64,000 nt of DNA from the human T2T-CHM13v2.0 reference genome, Homo sapiens. A program made the translations under genes and the position numbers. The stretch lies in assembly GCF_009914755.1 (NCBI RefSeq), contig NC_060927.1, one strand, 5' to 3'. The notes under the pieces were generated by a model. That model had not been told where the DNA came from and ran no database searches. It was given only the letters and a program-made list of their open reading frames with translations. Of this stretch, positions 27,501 to 43,836 are shown piece after piece (the stretch's first letter is position 1; each line of letters begins with the position of its first letter).

Positions 27501-28126
27501 AGCTTCTCCAAGGCCAGCTGGAAGTTAGCAATGAAAATAGGAGGCTTTGTACTTCTCAGACTTTCCTGTGTTCTCGTTTGCTGTTAAGGATGCTGACCTA
27601 CTGCTTTATGTTTTGGTATTTCTGGGACTATTCAACCAACAAACTTGTAGGAGAGCCACAGGTATAACCCTCAAAGCCAGGCCAACACAGTACTCTCTGT
27701 CTACCCTGCAAAGCCACATAGGCAGGCTTGGAGATGGAATAGGTCATTAAAGAGGTGGAGGGGTGGGAGGGGGACAGGGTCCTTGGAGTCCTTGATTGAT
27801 TGGTTGGTGTTGTAGAATAAAAGTGATGACATTTCAGTTTAATGGCACAGCAATATGTTGCTTGTAGGGCTACACACATTCACAGCCTTCCAGGAGAGGC
27901 CATGAAGCCATCCCAGCATTTCTGGCTTCTGAGGAGTGAATGATTCAGAAATTAAAGTGAGAAAATAATGAGCCTAGTGAGTGTGATGGTCATTCAAAGG
28001 GGATTGCTTAGATCATCACCACATGCCAGTTTCCCAACATGCCTCAGACCTCAAATTTGGCTATAATAGTAAAAAATCTGGATAACTTGTTTTTTCTCGA
28101 TTAAAAGTCTTATAAAAATACATATG

Positions 28127-28538
<412 letters not shown>

Positions 28539-28721
28539 CTATAAAGGGTTATGTCCAAAATAGTATAATGATTGGGATTCTGGAGAGTCCCTCCACTATC
28601 AGAGACTATAGAAATGGCTAATACCTCCCCCAGAGGCCAATGAAGGAGTTACGTCTCCAAAACAAGAGAATGTGTATTGCTAATAATTAGTGACTCTCAA
28701 GAAGTACTGGGTATCCATCAC

Positions 28722-28955
28722 ATCATTCATTTATTCATCCAACAGCTATTTATTAGATACCTACTATGTGTCAGGCACTATTCTAGACAGGAAAAAGAAA
28801 ACAACAACAACCACAGACAAGAATTCCTGCCCTCATGGAGTTTATATTCTGGTGGAAATACAGACAAATAAGTAAGGTATATAAAATGCTAGATGATGAT
28901 ACATGTTATGGTGAAAAATAAAGCTGCAAAGGAATGTAGGGAGTGCAGGAGATGA
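28722..28955 (-). mobile_element. L2a 3' end
   Basis: cctactatgtgtcaggcactattctag...cctgccctcatggagtttatattctgg. Confidence 0.8.
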
Positions 28956-29163
28956 GGAAGGAGTGCAGGGAGAAACTAAGATCCAATGACTGACACAATC
29001 AGGGCTACAGAGCACTAGGAAATTCATCCAGATGATCTCAAGGCAGATAGTAGTAATGAGTCTGTGAGTGTCGGGGGAAATGGAGAGGTAAGGGTTTTGC
29101 AAGAAACATACAGAAGATTTTATAAATCTCTCTTTATTACTTCCCACAAAAAGCATGAAGATT

Positions 29164-29464
29164 GGCTGGGCATGGTGGCTCACACCTGTAATCCCAGCAC
29201 TTAGGGAGGCCAAGGCAGGAGGATCATGAGGCCAGGAGATCGAGACCATCCTGGCTAACACGGTGAAACCCCGTCTCTACTAAAAATACAAAAAATTAGC
29301 CAGATGTGGTGGCACACACCTGTAGTCCCAGCTACTCAGGAGGCTGAGGCAGGAGAATCGCTTGAAACCAGGAGGCAGAGGTTGCAGTGAGCCGAGATTG
29401 TGCCACTCCAGCCTGGGCGACAGAGCAAGACTGTTTAAAAAAAAAAAAAGAAGAAGAAGAAGAA
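29164..29464 (+). mobile_element. AluSc8-like
   Basis: Left arm gagatcgagaccatcctggctaacacggtg with an S-type right arm; (GAA)n tail. Confidence 0.9.
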
Positions 29465-30954
29465 GCATTGGGGAGAAGCAATTTTATCTAGGAGCAAGTA
29501 GGAACTCTCAGATAAGATAGCGTCTGCCCCAGTCTTCATGCCTCCACTGAAGCGAAGAGGGTGCCCAGAAATGTACCCCAGAAGTCAAGTGGGAACCTCA
29601 AACTATTCCCCCATCCTTTACCAGCAGTCAAGAGAAGCCTTTCTGATATGACATCAGCCTAGGTTTGAAGAACCTAGATTCCATTCAAAGTGATGATGAC
29701 CTCACCTATGGTGTGGTTAAACATCCTTCAAGTTCACATGGCGAGATTCGTGAAAACAAATCAAGGTTTGGTCCAAGTTCTATATGAATCTGGGAGCCAA
29801 GAATTCATACTATTCATGCACTGTTTATAAATCAAGGGAAGCTTAAAGGGGCATTGCAGATTCTGAATAGTGTGACAGGTATTTGTTTTGTCCCTAAGAG
29901 GTTTAAAAATATTAATTCCCTTTGGCTACTTCCTCCTGATTCCCAGCAGACTGTACAGTCCCTCCAGTCTAGTTTGATAAAGTTTCAGCAGCAGCAGGAA
30001 GCATGGTTTCCAACAATGCCTGCATGGAGACCCACCATGGTAACTAGTACAAGGACAGAGAAAGTCCCGGTTTGCTTTATCACAAATAGGACAGAACTCC
30101 AGGGGACCCAGTGAAGAGGTGCAGGAATTCCTGTTACAGTCTTTGGATAATAATTCATATAGAGTATACCTATTGCTTGGTTCCCTGTGCCCAAGTAGTA
30201 GGTATGTTCAACCTAGATCTGAGGCCATGACAGCAGGAATATGGCTCAGTCACAGTTGTGGGTAAATGTAGCTTCCCTATGTCCTCTCCCCAAGCCCCAC
30301 TTAGGACTCATCAAATTTATGCAGCAGACTCGAGAGTTAAGGAGAACCTGGCTCTCTCCTCCCAACTGCCTCAGTGTGCCCTCAAGAGACAAGCTTTTAA
30401 AGTTGAAGCCAAATGGGAGGGGAGCTTAGAGTACCAGCACACACACCCACCCTCCCATTCATTGTGTACTAGTTACCATCTAATGCTAAGGTTAGCTCTA
30501 GAGAGATACATTGCAAGACTAAGTTCAGGAGGTTGTTTGCCATTGCTATGTTGAAAAATTAGTCTAAGATGGCATTGGTTAGCCTTTCCAGATAATGGCT
30601 GAATGGGGCAGGTTCATTCCAACTCAGGTCTTGTTATAGGAGCCAAGTAATGTAACAGCAAACAAAATCACATTCTCTATGTGGCTATGAGAAATCAAAT
30701 GTAATACTTGGTTATTTTCTATTTTCTTGGATCTATACTTGTGCTCAGCAGGGGGGGCTCTAAACATACCCATATAGGTCAACCATCTTTTTGTCCTATC
30801 CTGATAAAAATTTAATTTTGAACATGACTCAGACTCATCTGTAGATTGCAAAAACTTTTGAACTTATATGTACGTGTAGATCATTAGCTGGATAAAGAAT
30901 CAGTATAGTTTTATAAAATTCGTGTCAAATCATACTAGTACCCAAACTGGTAAT

Positions 30955-31060
30955 TGCCACAGGATAAGTTCCATGAGGGTAGGGATTCTTGTCTGCTTTC
31001 TTCACTGCTATATCCCCAGTACCTATGCTAGTATCTGACACATTGTAGATAATGCAAGTA
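30955..31060 (+). mobile_element. L2 3' end
   Basis: aagttccatgagggtaggga...ttcactgctatatccccagtaccta. Confidence 0.75.
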
Positions 31061-32243
31061 CAATTACATAGCATGTACAGCAAGTGCAGTCTCCTTAGTG
31101 TACAGAAACAGAGAGAGAAAAACTTCCCATCTTTAGTGCAAGCAGACTGGTAGATGAGGACCTCCCCTGTTGCAGTGCTGAAGAGTAGGAAGTTCTCCAG
31201 AATGATGTTATACTTGGCAAAAACAAGGAGCATGCTGCTTGAGTTCCAGTTCTTGATAATGCAAGAGTGGAAGACAGGTCTGATGCATGATCTGGTAGGC
31301 AAAACTCAAATCCAGAATCGAGGGCCAGGGTCGTTTAACAGGTAGGGCCTGTTAAACCTAGCAAATTATAGCGTTGGAGCTTCTTTGCTAGGTTTTCAGG
31401 TAGCAAAGAAGCTCTAAGGCCATAATCAAGGTGGACAGTGGAACCCAGGTGCACAGCCAGATGTGGGAAACTACAGGGTGGTTTGGTCACTGACAATTCA
31501 AATAATTCTGATAAATGCCAACTCTTCTCTCAACACAGTTTTATTCTACACATGAGCTTTTAAATGTGCTACTTGACTTCTGGGGCCCTGTAGATCATTT
31601 CTAATTAAGAATGGAAAATGGGAAGATGGAAAAAAAAAAAAGCACCAAGGGCCAAGAACAATGAACAAGAGAATAAATCCAACAGGGCACATGTCAAATA
31701 AAAAAGAAAGAAACAACTGCTATGAGAAGTCAGATTTGAAAAATGTCCCTCATTTGGTTTGCTTCACTGAGTTGGTTACCAATGAGAAAGACTGAAGTCT
31801 CAAAGACAGTGTTGATTGCAAATGCGCTTCTCTCTGCCCTGCCCCACCCCCATCTCATTCAACATTCCTGAAGCTCCAGGAAATGAAAATGTGAGAATCA
31901 ATCCATCTATTGTGAGTCAGCCCAAGAAATGGTCAACAGTGGCATCTGATGCCAATTCCCTGGTAGCAAGTGAAGCTGATCTTCAGCTTGATTTTAATGA
32001 GCTTTAGGACTGTTCCAAAAATACATAAAAGGGATAGAAAATATCCTTAATTAGAAGAATCATATAGTCCATTTGGGAGAGAGAAAATATAAATACTCAG
32101 GGAACAAAATTCATACCATGTAGGATAGGAATAGCTATTGCATTATCCTGAGAGGTCCAAAAGTTAGAATGATCTCGCCTCCCTTTTTATCTCTGTCCAA
32201 CACCGAAGATGAGTCATTTGATGTAATGGCAGTCATCTTCAGG

Positions 32244-32499
32244 TTGTTTTTGTTTTTTTATTTGTTGCCCAGGCTGGAGTGCAGTGGTGTGATCATAGCT
32301 CACTGCAGCCTTGACCTCCTGGGCTGAAGTGATCCTCCTGCTTCAGCCTCTTGAGTAGCTGGGACTACAGATGTGTACCACCACACTTAACTAATTTTTG
32401 TATTTTTTTGTAGAGATGGGGTCTCACTGTTTCCCAAGCTAGTCTCAAACTCCTGACTTCAAGTAATCCTCAGCCTCCCAAAGTGCGAGGATTACAAGC
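32244..32499 (-). mobile_element. AluJ, slightly 5'-truncated
   Basis: gatcatagctcactgcagccttgacctcctgggct; TSD-like ggttgtttt. Confidence 0.9.
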
Positions 32500-32724
32500 C
32501 GGGTTGTTTTAAGAACTGCTAGTAATAATCATGATAGTAGTAGTAACAACAATAATAAAATCCAGTAAGTCGGCTATAATTGCATTCAGTTTGTATTTGT
32601 CTTAGTATGGCCCCATTATAACTCTCTCCCTTTCTTAACTTTATTTTTCCTGCCACTCTTTCAAAGTTCCCGGACTCCTACCAATACTCATCCCTAAGAC
32701 AATTCAATCGAGAACAAAAGTGAA

Positions 32725-33105
32725 TATATCTGTTGGGATAAGCCAAGTTTTGCTATGGTAACAACTCTAAAAATGTTGGTGGATTTAAACAACAAGGACT
32801 TACTTCTTGTTAACACTACATGTTTGTAATGTAGTTTTATCCATAGCAGGGGGCTCTGTTCATTATAGGCCCTCAGGGATTCTCTGGTTGACCAACTTCT
32901 AAAGTTGCCAGTTACCATCCCAGACAGAAAGATAATTCTGAATGTTCTTACTCCCACAATTAAATGCTCCAAACTGGAAATGACTCAACACCAATGACCA
33001 GAACTAGTCACATAGACCTACTCAATCACAAAGAGCCCAGGAAAAGCAATTGAGTTATATATCCAGAAGGCAGAAATATTTGGTGAGTGTCAGAATGACT
33101 ACCTT
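32725..33105 (-). mobile_element. MLT1 (K/L-like) MaLR LTR
   Basis: tgctatggtaacaac...ttaaacaacaagg...accagaactagtcacat...tttggtgagtgtcagaatgactac. Confidence 0.65.
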
Positions 33106-33293
33106 AGCAGTTAACAACAAATCATACTTGCAAATAATTTACATTTGGACTCTAATATTTATATTTTGGCTTTAACTCAAATAGATTTTCAAATTTTGGC
33201 TCTACTCAACAGATTTGTATATGTGAATTTCCAATTTACACCTTGAAGTAGTGTTATTTATGTTTAGCTCATGGTTTGCTTTCTGTTAATCTT

Positions 33294-33682
33294 GGTATTA
33301 GTCCATTCTCACATTGCTATAAAGAAATACCAGAGACTGGGTAATTTGTAAAGAAAAGAAGTTTAATTGGCTCGTGGTTCCACAGGCTGTACAGCAAACA
33401 TGATGCTCACATCTGCTGGGCTTCTAGGGAGGCCTCAGGAAACTTACATGGCAGGAACAGGAGCAAGAGAGAGAGTGAGGGGGGAGGTGCCACACACTTT
33501 TAAACAACCAAATCTCACAAAACTTACTCATTATCACAAGAACAGCACAAAAGGGATGGTGCTAAGCCATTCATGAGAAACACCTCCCTGATCCAGTCAC
33601 TTCCCACCAGGACCTGCCTCCAACATTGGGGATTATAATTCAACATGAGATTTGGGCAGGGACACAGACTCAAACCATATCA
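33294..33682 (-). mobile_element. MSTA-like MaLR solo LTR
   Basis: gtattagtccattctcacattgctataaagaaatacc...caacatgagatttgggcagggacacagactcaaaccatatca. Confidence 0.9.
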
Positions 33683-34359
33683 GTCCTACTACCCTAATTT
33701 CTACTCACCCCTGTCCATGAATGATAGGTCTCATATGTAGGGGGTCAGTGCTAACGTCAATGTTTAAAGTATAAAGGTAAGAAAGCTTCGTGTTCTTCTT
33801 GGAACTTTTTCAAGACTTAGAGAACCAATTCTTAGGGTACAATGGCCTGGTGAGTCTAGTGGGACATGAGCCTTCTGTATCTTAGAGCTTAATTTATTAT
33901 ATTATTCATATGCTAACCAGTGGAGTTCTCTATTGGCATCTGGCATAAGATTCTCTACACAGTAGATGATGCATGGTAGGGAAGTGAACTTACTGAATCC
34001 CCAATAGCAGAGTCACTGACCAATGTTGCAAAGCATGTTTTACATAAGTGTAAGAACATGCCACATATGTCATGTCACCTCTTATAAGTAATCCTATAAG
34101 ATTGCATGACATTGCTCTAGAAATCACATAGTTACTCCATTATTACGTAGCTTGTGGTATCACTGCCAGGGCAAATTCCAATGTAAACCACATTCAGATT
34201 ATCTGCAAACCTGGGCAAGAAAATGTAGCACTGTAATGGCATAGAACACTGGGTTGGAATCAGGAAATTTAGTTTTGATCCTAATTCTGCTATTGATCAG
34301 GTATATGAGCTTTGAAAAATGTGTTAGCCCAATCATCTCTTATCCACACCTTTTTCCTA

Positions 34360-34666
<307 letters not shown>

Positions 34667-34942
34667 CTAATCTGTAACAGTGGAAAGTAATATAAACTGA
34701 TTTCTACATTTCCTTCTTTTTTAATCAGTATACTTTCCTATTAGTTCTTACCAATAATTCCATGACTTTTATGGGAAAAAAAAAAAACAAATACACATCC
34801 TAAGTAATGTTGAATTGGAAAAAAACATATTTATATATAAATAATAACCTAATTATATATATAATTATATACATAATTATTATCTATACTGATAAAAGAG
34901 ACATAGATACTGTAAAATAGTAATTTTTAAAAAATTGTTTAT

Positions 34943-35080
34943 GGCTGGGCATGGTAGCTCATGCCTGTAATCACAACAGTTTGAGAGGCCAAGGTGGTAG
35001 GATCACTTGAGTCTAGGAGTTCAAGAGCAGCCTGGGCAACACAGCAAGACCTCATCTCTACTAAAAGTTAAAATAAAAAA
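34943..35080 (+). mobile_element. FLAM_C / free left Alu monomer
   Basis: Single monomer with an A-rich tail and AT-rich TSD-like flanks. Confidence 0.85.
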
Positions 35081-35195
35081 TAATTTAAAAATTATTTAGC
35101 TTGAAATATAGGCACAGATGTTTTCAGAAATTAACATATATGCTCCATTTTCTCTCTCATTTATTTATCCATTCATTTAAAAATATATTGAGCAA

Positions 35196-35506
35196 GGCCA
35201 GGTGCAGTGGCTCATGTCTATAGTCCTAGCACTTTGGTAAGCCGAGTTGAGCAGATTGCTTGAGCCCAGGAGTTTGAGACCAACCTGGGCAACATGGCAA
35301 AACCCCATCTCTACTAAAAAATACAAAAAAATTAGCCTGGCATGGTGGAGCACACCTGTGGTTCAAGCTTCTCAGGAGGCTGAGATGGGAAGGTCACCTG
35401 AGCTTGGCAAGTTGAGGCTGCAGTGAGCCAAGATCGCACCACTGCACTCCAGCCCGGGTGATGGGAGAAGTGAGAGCCTGTGTCAAAAAAACCAAAAACA
35501 AATAAA
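35196..35506 (+). mobile_element. AluJ
   Basis: gattgcttgagcccaggagtttgag; gaggctgcagtgagcc; TSD-like ...ttgagca. Confidence 0.92.
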
Positions 35507-35619
35507 GAAACTGTTGAGCATATGTCATGTAATCAGCTGGGTTAAGTGAGTGGAGAGGTGCAAGCACATTAAGGACACTGGCAAGAGCATTACTAAAATA
35601 ATGAGCCATGCACTTTACT

Positions 35620-36106
35620 CTCCAAAAGGTGAAGCATAATTCCCCACTCTAACTATGGCCTGTGTATAGTAACTTATTTTCAAAGAGTACAGTGTGAAAG
35701 GGAGGGAAAGAGTAACTTCACAGTGGAGAAATCTGGCAAACACTACCTCAGTCAGGTTATTATCAACAGGTTACCTCCATCAAACATCAACAGTGAGAGG
35801 TCACGTTGATAGCACGTACCCTTGATATGATGTGGTGCTCTTCCTCACCAAATCCATAACCCCAGTCTACTCATGAGAAAAACATCAGATACATCCAATT
35901 GAGAAATATTCTACAAAATACCTCACCAAAACTCAATATATTCAAAAGCAAGGAAATCTTGAAATACTGTCACACCCAAGAGGATTCTAAGATGACATAC
36001 TAAATGTAATGTGGAATCCTGAATGGGATTCTGGAAGAGAGAAAGAATATTAAGTAAAAACAGGGAATCTGAATAATATATGAACTTTAGTTAAAATTGG
36101 TTCATT
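35620..36106 (+). mobile_element. L1MC-type 3' UTR fragment
   Basis: agtaacttcacagtggagaaatctggcaaacactacctca...taaatgtaatgtggaatcctgaatgggattctggaa. Confidence 0.8.
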
Positions 36107-36109
36107 TAT

Positions 36110-36386
36110 CAGAAAACCAAACACCGCATGTTCTCACTCATAAGTGGGAGTTGAACAATGAGAACACATGGGCACAGGAGGGGTAACAACACACACTGGG
36201 GCCAGTGGGGACGTGGGGGGCCAGGGGAGGGAGAGCATTAGGACAAATAGTTAATGCACAGAGGGCTTAAAACCTAGATGATGGGTTGACAAGTGCAGCA
36301 AACCACCATGGCACATGTATACCTATATAAGAAACCTACACATTCTGCGTGTGTATCCCAGAACTTCAAGTAAAATAAAATAAAAA
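36110..36386 (+). mobile_element. L1PA (PA8-PA10-like) 5'-truncated 3' end
   Basis: aaccaaacaccgcatgttctcactcataagtgggagttgaacaatgagaacacatgg...tatcccagaacttcaagtaaaataaaa. Confidence 0.93.
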
Positions 36387-36639
36387 TGAGTCATGGCATC
36401 TAAGCTACATATGAAGGAAACCGATGAAGAGAGAGTATTGATGGATTGGGAGAAAGTAAAGGACTCTATGAACTGGAAGTCTAGTGGGGTGATCAAAAGG
36501 TGTGAGTACCTGAATGAGCAAATTGGAAGGAGAGGAAGCTGTGGTAAGGAAGGAAGATATGAGGTGTCTAATTCTAAGCAAGATAGAGAAGTAAGAACCA
36601 GATTTCCTTCCTGGCCTGAAACAATTTTTTTTAATGGGC

Positions 36640-36918
36640 AAAATATAAGAAACAATAATTTTCAAGACACTGGACATCAGACAACAAGGACAGTGTGATC
36701 CCTGAGAGACAATAAACAAACCAAGCGAACCCTGCAAATACCCCAGCTTACTGCTTTGAGTTTCCAGGCGTCAATGCGGGGAGGGGTAGAATGCCTGTTT
36801 CTAGCCAGAGTAAAAAAATCTCAAATTCCCAGGAATCAGGAAGAGTACTCAGAAGGGTCTTAACCTGAGTAGTGGGGAATAATAAATCCTAGACTAAACT
36901 TGGCTCTGTTTCTGCCTA
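36640..36918 (+). mobile_element. Old L1M 5'-region fragment, followed by a short Alu tail (36920-36960)
   Basis: gacactggacatcagacaac...gatccctgagagac...ccccagcttactgc. Confidence 0.5.
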
Positions 36919-37539
36919 TGAGACCCTGTCTCAAAAAATATAAAAATTAAAATTAAAAAACAGTGCATGATTATATAGTAAATGAGGTGGATGGGGGGAT
37001 ATTTCCTATAAAGAAGTTTTTTTTTTTAAAACACTAGCAACTTGTAAACACCCTTGAATATATTAAAATATATAAAATGAAATAAATTTGGAAAAAGATT
37101 ATGTACAGATATGCTCACAAAACTCAGTCATCATCAGTCACTCCAAGTGTTCCCTGTATTCACTTCTTACACCAATTTACAGCTTGTTTCTCATCTTTTC
37201 TTTTAGGCAGAGACTTTCTGGCTCTGCTTATACCAGCTATACTTAAGTTTTCCAAGAGTGCTACAGCACAACCTGATATGAAAACTTGCCCCTTCAGTCT
37301 GCTTCAATCTGTCTGGTCACTTGGGTTTCAGATCAGGAGTGTCACAGGCATTGCTGTCGGCTGAGCACTCATAATTAGCTCTCTGGTATTCCCCTCACTC
37401 TCTGTCTCCTTTGTCAATGAGATATGGGTTTTTGATCCAAGCTGCTTTTGAATTTTCTTTTCTCTTCTGATCAGAATAGAAAAACACAGAGATTAAAAAA
37501 CATCTCCAACCTTTCCTTGTCTACCTTCATAAGACTCTG

Positions 37540-38025
37540 TCATCTAGATCAGGATCAGAAGGCTTGGCTGCATATAAAAGAAAAGCCCCAGGTGACACCG
37601 GCTTAAATAACAGAGAAGTTTATTTTTCTTTCACATAACAGATAACTGCAGGTAAGCGGTCCAGGACTGGTAAAGAAGATCCACAAAGTCCTCAGGCACC
37701 CGGCTCCTTCTAACTGATTCCTTCACCATTCCCAGGGTTTAGTCTAATTCTCATATCCTAGATGGATGGTGTTCCAGGGAGCAGGTTGGAAGGGAAGGGA
37801 AAATGTGCCATCCCCCATATTAAAAAGACCATTGCAACAAACACTAAGAGTTACATCCCATTGGCCAGAGTGTGATAATATGCCTGCAATAGCTGCAAGG
37901 GAACCAGGGAAATGTAGTCTTTTACTGGGTAACAATGTGTCTCCCCCAGCCACCCAAAATGAGTCTTCGTTACTAAGAAGTAAGGGCACAATGGACTCTG
38001 GGAGGCACTTGCAAGTCTTTGCCAT
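37540..38025 (-). mobile_element. MLT1J-like MaLR LTR
   Basis: ggcttaaataacagagaagtttatttttct...cattggccagag...agctgcaagggaaccagggaaatgtagtctttta. Confidence 0.75.
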
Positions 38026-38033
38026 CCATACTC

Positions 38034-38398
<365 letters not shown>

Positions 38399-38863
38399 TA
38401 GTTTCCTCCTCCACATTGTGTACTTACTTTGTACAGAAAAAGATGTTACTTTATTTGTGCAGAAGAGTATTAATGTATAGCAAAGGTATCCTTGAGACTC
38501 ATAACTCCTAACTTATTCCATATATCATAAAGAAGCGTTGTATTTTTCCTTCTTAACATTTAAAATATATTTTAAGACAGATCAATTTTTAAAGAGTTAT
38601 GAGACATTTTCCTCAAAATTGATGATGCCACAATGAAAAGCCCAAAGTTATAAACCAGTAAAAGGCATTTAAAATATACACTCTACACTTATTTCTGAAA
38701 GGACTTGAGAAAGTTCAATTAAAACACTAAAAAAGATGTGAAATTTAAAAAGTAAACATAAGAGAATCCACATCTTCATGCAGGGGATGTAGAAGTTTCA
38801 AATTTATGATGAGGCGAAGTACAGCACTTTCCATGTACTTCAGCAAACTCCAGTTGACAATAA

Positions 38864-39178
<315 letters not shown>

Positions 39179-39259
39179 AAGAGAAATTTTTTAAAACCAC
39201 GATACTTTCAATCCAGTGAAAGGTACAGGAATGTAGACAAATACCATCCAAGGCAAAAA

Positions 39260-39670
39260 ATGTGCTGGAATAGAGATACAAATATCATTCTGCTAGAGTG
39301 AAAAGGTAGGGAGATGTTACTGGGAACTGCTGGTGGTGATGATGCAGACAGGAGCTGCTTATGGAGGCGATTCGTGAATGAGGTGGCCTTTGAACTGGCC
39401 TCGAGGATGGAAAAGGATTTCCAGAAGATGACAGAAGTGTGGTTTGGGAAAGGAAGGAAGGAACTATTCCAGGCTGAGAAAAACATCATAAATAAAAGTC
39501 AAGAAGTTGGGAAAATGTTGGCTCTGTCTGAGAATCAGCAAGCATAGGTGAGATTTGGCGTGCAGGATCTGTCTAGGTAGCAGATGAGTAGGAAAGACTG
39601 AGAGGTTGATCTGAGAAACCTTATGTGGTATGCTCAGGGATTTGGACCTGGTTCTCTGGGCAGTAGAGGA
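39260..39670 (-). mobile_element. L2 fragment
   Basis: gaggtggcctttgaactggcctcgaggatggaaaaggattt...ggatttggacc. Confidence 0.6.
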
Positions 39671-40076
39671 ATAGGAGAAGAAGGAAGATGAGCATGCTCA
39701 CATTCTATGACCTCTGTTTTCTCAGTAAGTAGTGAGCAAATCTTCTGTTCATGAGATGTTTGTTAGTTTGTAAAGAATGTAAAGGGTTTAGAAGAGGATA
39801 ATATGGTAAGGAATCAAAAAAGAAACAAGCAAAAGAATTGTGAGAAACGTCGAAGTCCCCACGGAGGTGTTGGAAGTGAATTTGTCTTCACATTTTTGAC
39901 AAAAGTAAAATGTATTAGATTAAATAACATTTTGGCTTTTGACAAGTGCAAGTACATATACCATGAGGCAAAAACGTATGTACCTTCTCTCACCACTGCC
40001 TTCTTTCAGCACAGCAGGACGATTTTGAGTGACCTTGATATAGGAACCAAAGAAGGTGATATTGAAGAGCCAAAGA

Positions 40077-40081
40077 GTGTT

Positions 40082-40114
<33 letters not shown>

Positions 40115-40190
40115 ATGTATGTGTGTGTGAGAGACAGAGAAACAGAGGCAGAGACAGAGACAGGATGCGAGAGATGGGGAGGAGAGAGGA
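40077..40190. repeat. (TG)n followed by a (GA)-rich microsatellite
   Basis: Read directly from the sequence. Confidence 0.9.
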
Positions 40191-41585
40191 GCACTATTTG
40201 TCTTAAGTAGTTAAGAAGAAATTATCACTGGGTGATAGTTGTTGGTCAGAGGAGAAGGTTGTGTGTGTGCATTGTGAATAAGGTGGGACATTTGGATGAG
40301 TTTTTAAAGCAGTGCTGAGTATTCTGGGTCAAAATGACACTAAAAGAAGATAATTTTCCATAGAGAAACTTGTACAAAGAGAAACTTAGATGATAACCTA
40401 AGAGATATTATCTGGTGGAGCAGGAGGGAGACAGACCTTTCCCCTTACTTCTTTCACAAGGGCATTGTAACAGTAAAGATGAATGTGGAGATTTAAGCAG
40501 AATACCTTTCAGAATGACGACCCTGTAGCAGAGCGAATAGTGGGGCCCCAAAAGGCCACAGAGCTCAGAGTGGCTGGAGCAACTCTCCCACCACACTCAC
40601 GCTGAGTCTTGGCATCTCCACCTTGTAATTCTGCCTGGGGAAAGCTGCGAATTGGAGCACTAAGTTAGAACTTAAGAATGCTTTTCGATCTTTTTTTGAA
40701 GATTTGCTTTATAGATGAAGAAATAGGTCCGGAGAGAGTCAGTGGCTTGCCCAAGATCACTGTCCACATAGGGGCAGAACTAGATGGCCATCCAGACTCT
40801 TGACTCATAGCCCAGTGCTCCTCCTGCCATTTCTACCATGCTGTCGCATGGTGCCTGGGGGGCTGGTGCAGATCACTGTGAAAGTGCCACTGAGTTCTGT
40901 GCAGCCCTGATGGCTGCACGTGCCACTCCCAAAGATGCAACTATGGGGATGTGATCTGTAGCCTGCCAGATGAAGGGGAGCCAAGGGAAGCAGTCAGATG
41001 GGGATTTCAGGAAATGCTCTAAAATGGGTATTGAGAGGGTTTTAGAAGAAAAAATCTACTTACCACCCTGTTTCAGGGATATTAAAATGCAGTGCAAACC
41101 TCCCACATGCACTTAGGCTTTCTGTGCCTTCTGGGGACTGATAGATCTTCTCTCTAAAATGCATTGATCCTCTGAGGGAGATAGACCACAAAGTTCCAAA
41201 TCCTCTCCCATCTGAGAGGTAGAAGGCTGGAAGCTTTAAAACATCGACCATTGTTCCATTAGGAAGGATGAGCATGACAATAATTATCTAACTTTTGCAC
41301 AGCTGAGCACCCAACTCATTGAGACCCACCAGACGCACCTGCACACCCCTGGCAGGCTGCAAGCTCTATGGCTCAGCACAAAGCAAAACAGAGGGGAATG
41401 CAGATACTTTGCCCAGAGGTTTAGTGAGGTGCTGAATAAAGAAAGGACTATGACCACTGGTGTTTTTATAGGAAAACCTGAGAGAAAGAAGGTAGACAAG
41501 CCTTGGGTTTTCCAGATTCTTTTGAAGGAAGGAAGGGAGAAAAAAAGAGCAAGAGTCAGAGTTTTGTATATTTTTGTGCATTTGA

Positions 41586-42068
<483 letters not shown>

Positions 42069-42389
42069 TAAATTATTATAAATGCATATGTGATAAATGA
42101 GCTATGCAAAGAAGTCCCTTTTATTTTTAGTCACCCATTCAGGCTCTTTTAGAAGAAAAATATATGTCAGGGTAGCCATGCGCCCAGGTCTATATATAAA
42201 GCAGTTTATGGAGCAGTTCTCATTTTAAAGAAATCTGTCGTGTAGCCAGACGATGTTTCTTGGTTTCTCATTTGGGAGTTTTTTAGACATAATATGATAA
42301 CATGGTTACCATAGGTGTAAGGTGAAGGGCTAGCTGGGTGGGTAGCCATGCACAGGTATTTGAGACTCTGAATCATACATATACACAAT

Positions 42390-42550
42390 TTTGGAGAGCT
42401 GGAGTGGACCTTGAAATCTTTTAGTCCAACCCTTTTGTTTTACAGATGCAATAACCGTGGCTTAGAAAGTTAAAGTTGCTTGTCCAAGCCACAGAGCTGG
42501 GAATCATATCCAGGGCTCTTCATTTTCAGTCCAGAACTCTTGACATTGTA
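42390..42550 (-). mobile_element. MIR
   Basis: ttttacagatgcaataaccgtggcttagaaagttaaagttgcttgtccaag. Confidence 0.65.
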
Positions 42551-42955
42551 TCTCTCTATCATGGTGCTGTGAAGGTCAATTTTTTGGCAGATCTAGGGCC
42601 ACTCCGTGGGCACCACTTACCAAAACTAAGCCTTATGTGAGGCACTGGTTTATGTCCATCACAGCTGACATTTAGGGGTTCACGATCATGTTCCCTAGCT
42701 GCATGCCAGTCAACCCCCCACAGCAGAGCTTAGGAACTATGTAAGTATTAATTGTTCTCCCTATTACTCTGGGCTGACTGTCACCTCTTTAGCACAGTTG
42801 GAAACAGTTTCTTAAAAACTGAAAAACAGTTGGTTAGTTGCTAGTCACAGCCTGTTCTGTGAGGGAGTGGAACTTATTTCCTGTGTCTTGGTGGCATAAA
42901 ATATAAGCCGTCTTTGGCGACAGAACTGTTTTTGTTACCTAACTGTCAGAATTCA

Positions 42956-43313
<358 letters not shown>

Positions 43314-43441
43314 AAACCCATATAATTCTTGGACCTTTATAACCACGCAGTTTTATTTTGCTAATTTTACATCAGTCCTACCGACTTTAGTTAAATTCAT
43401 TTAGTTGCTTGGAAAAGAGCTCTCTCAAGATAACCTGGATC

Positions 43442-43836
<395 letters not shown>

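Noticed and set aside
39803-40210. 135-aa ATG-initiated ORF
   Set aside because: It runs into a TG/GA microsatellite, with no homology or splice support.
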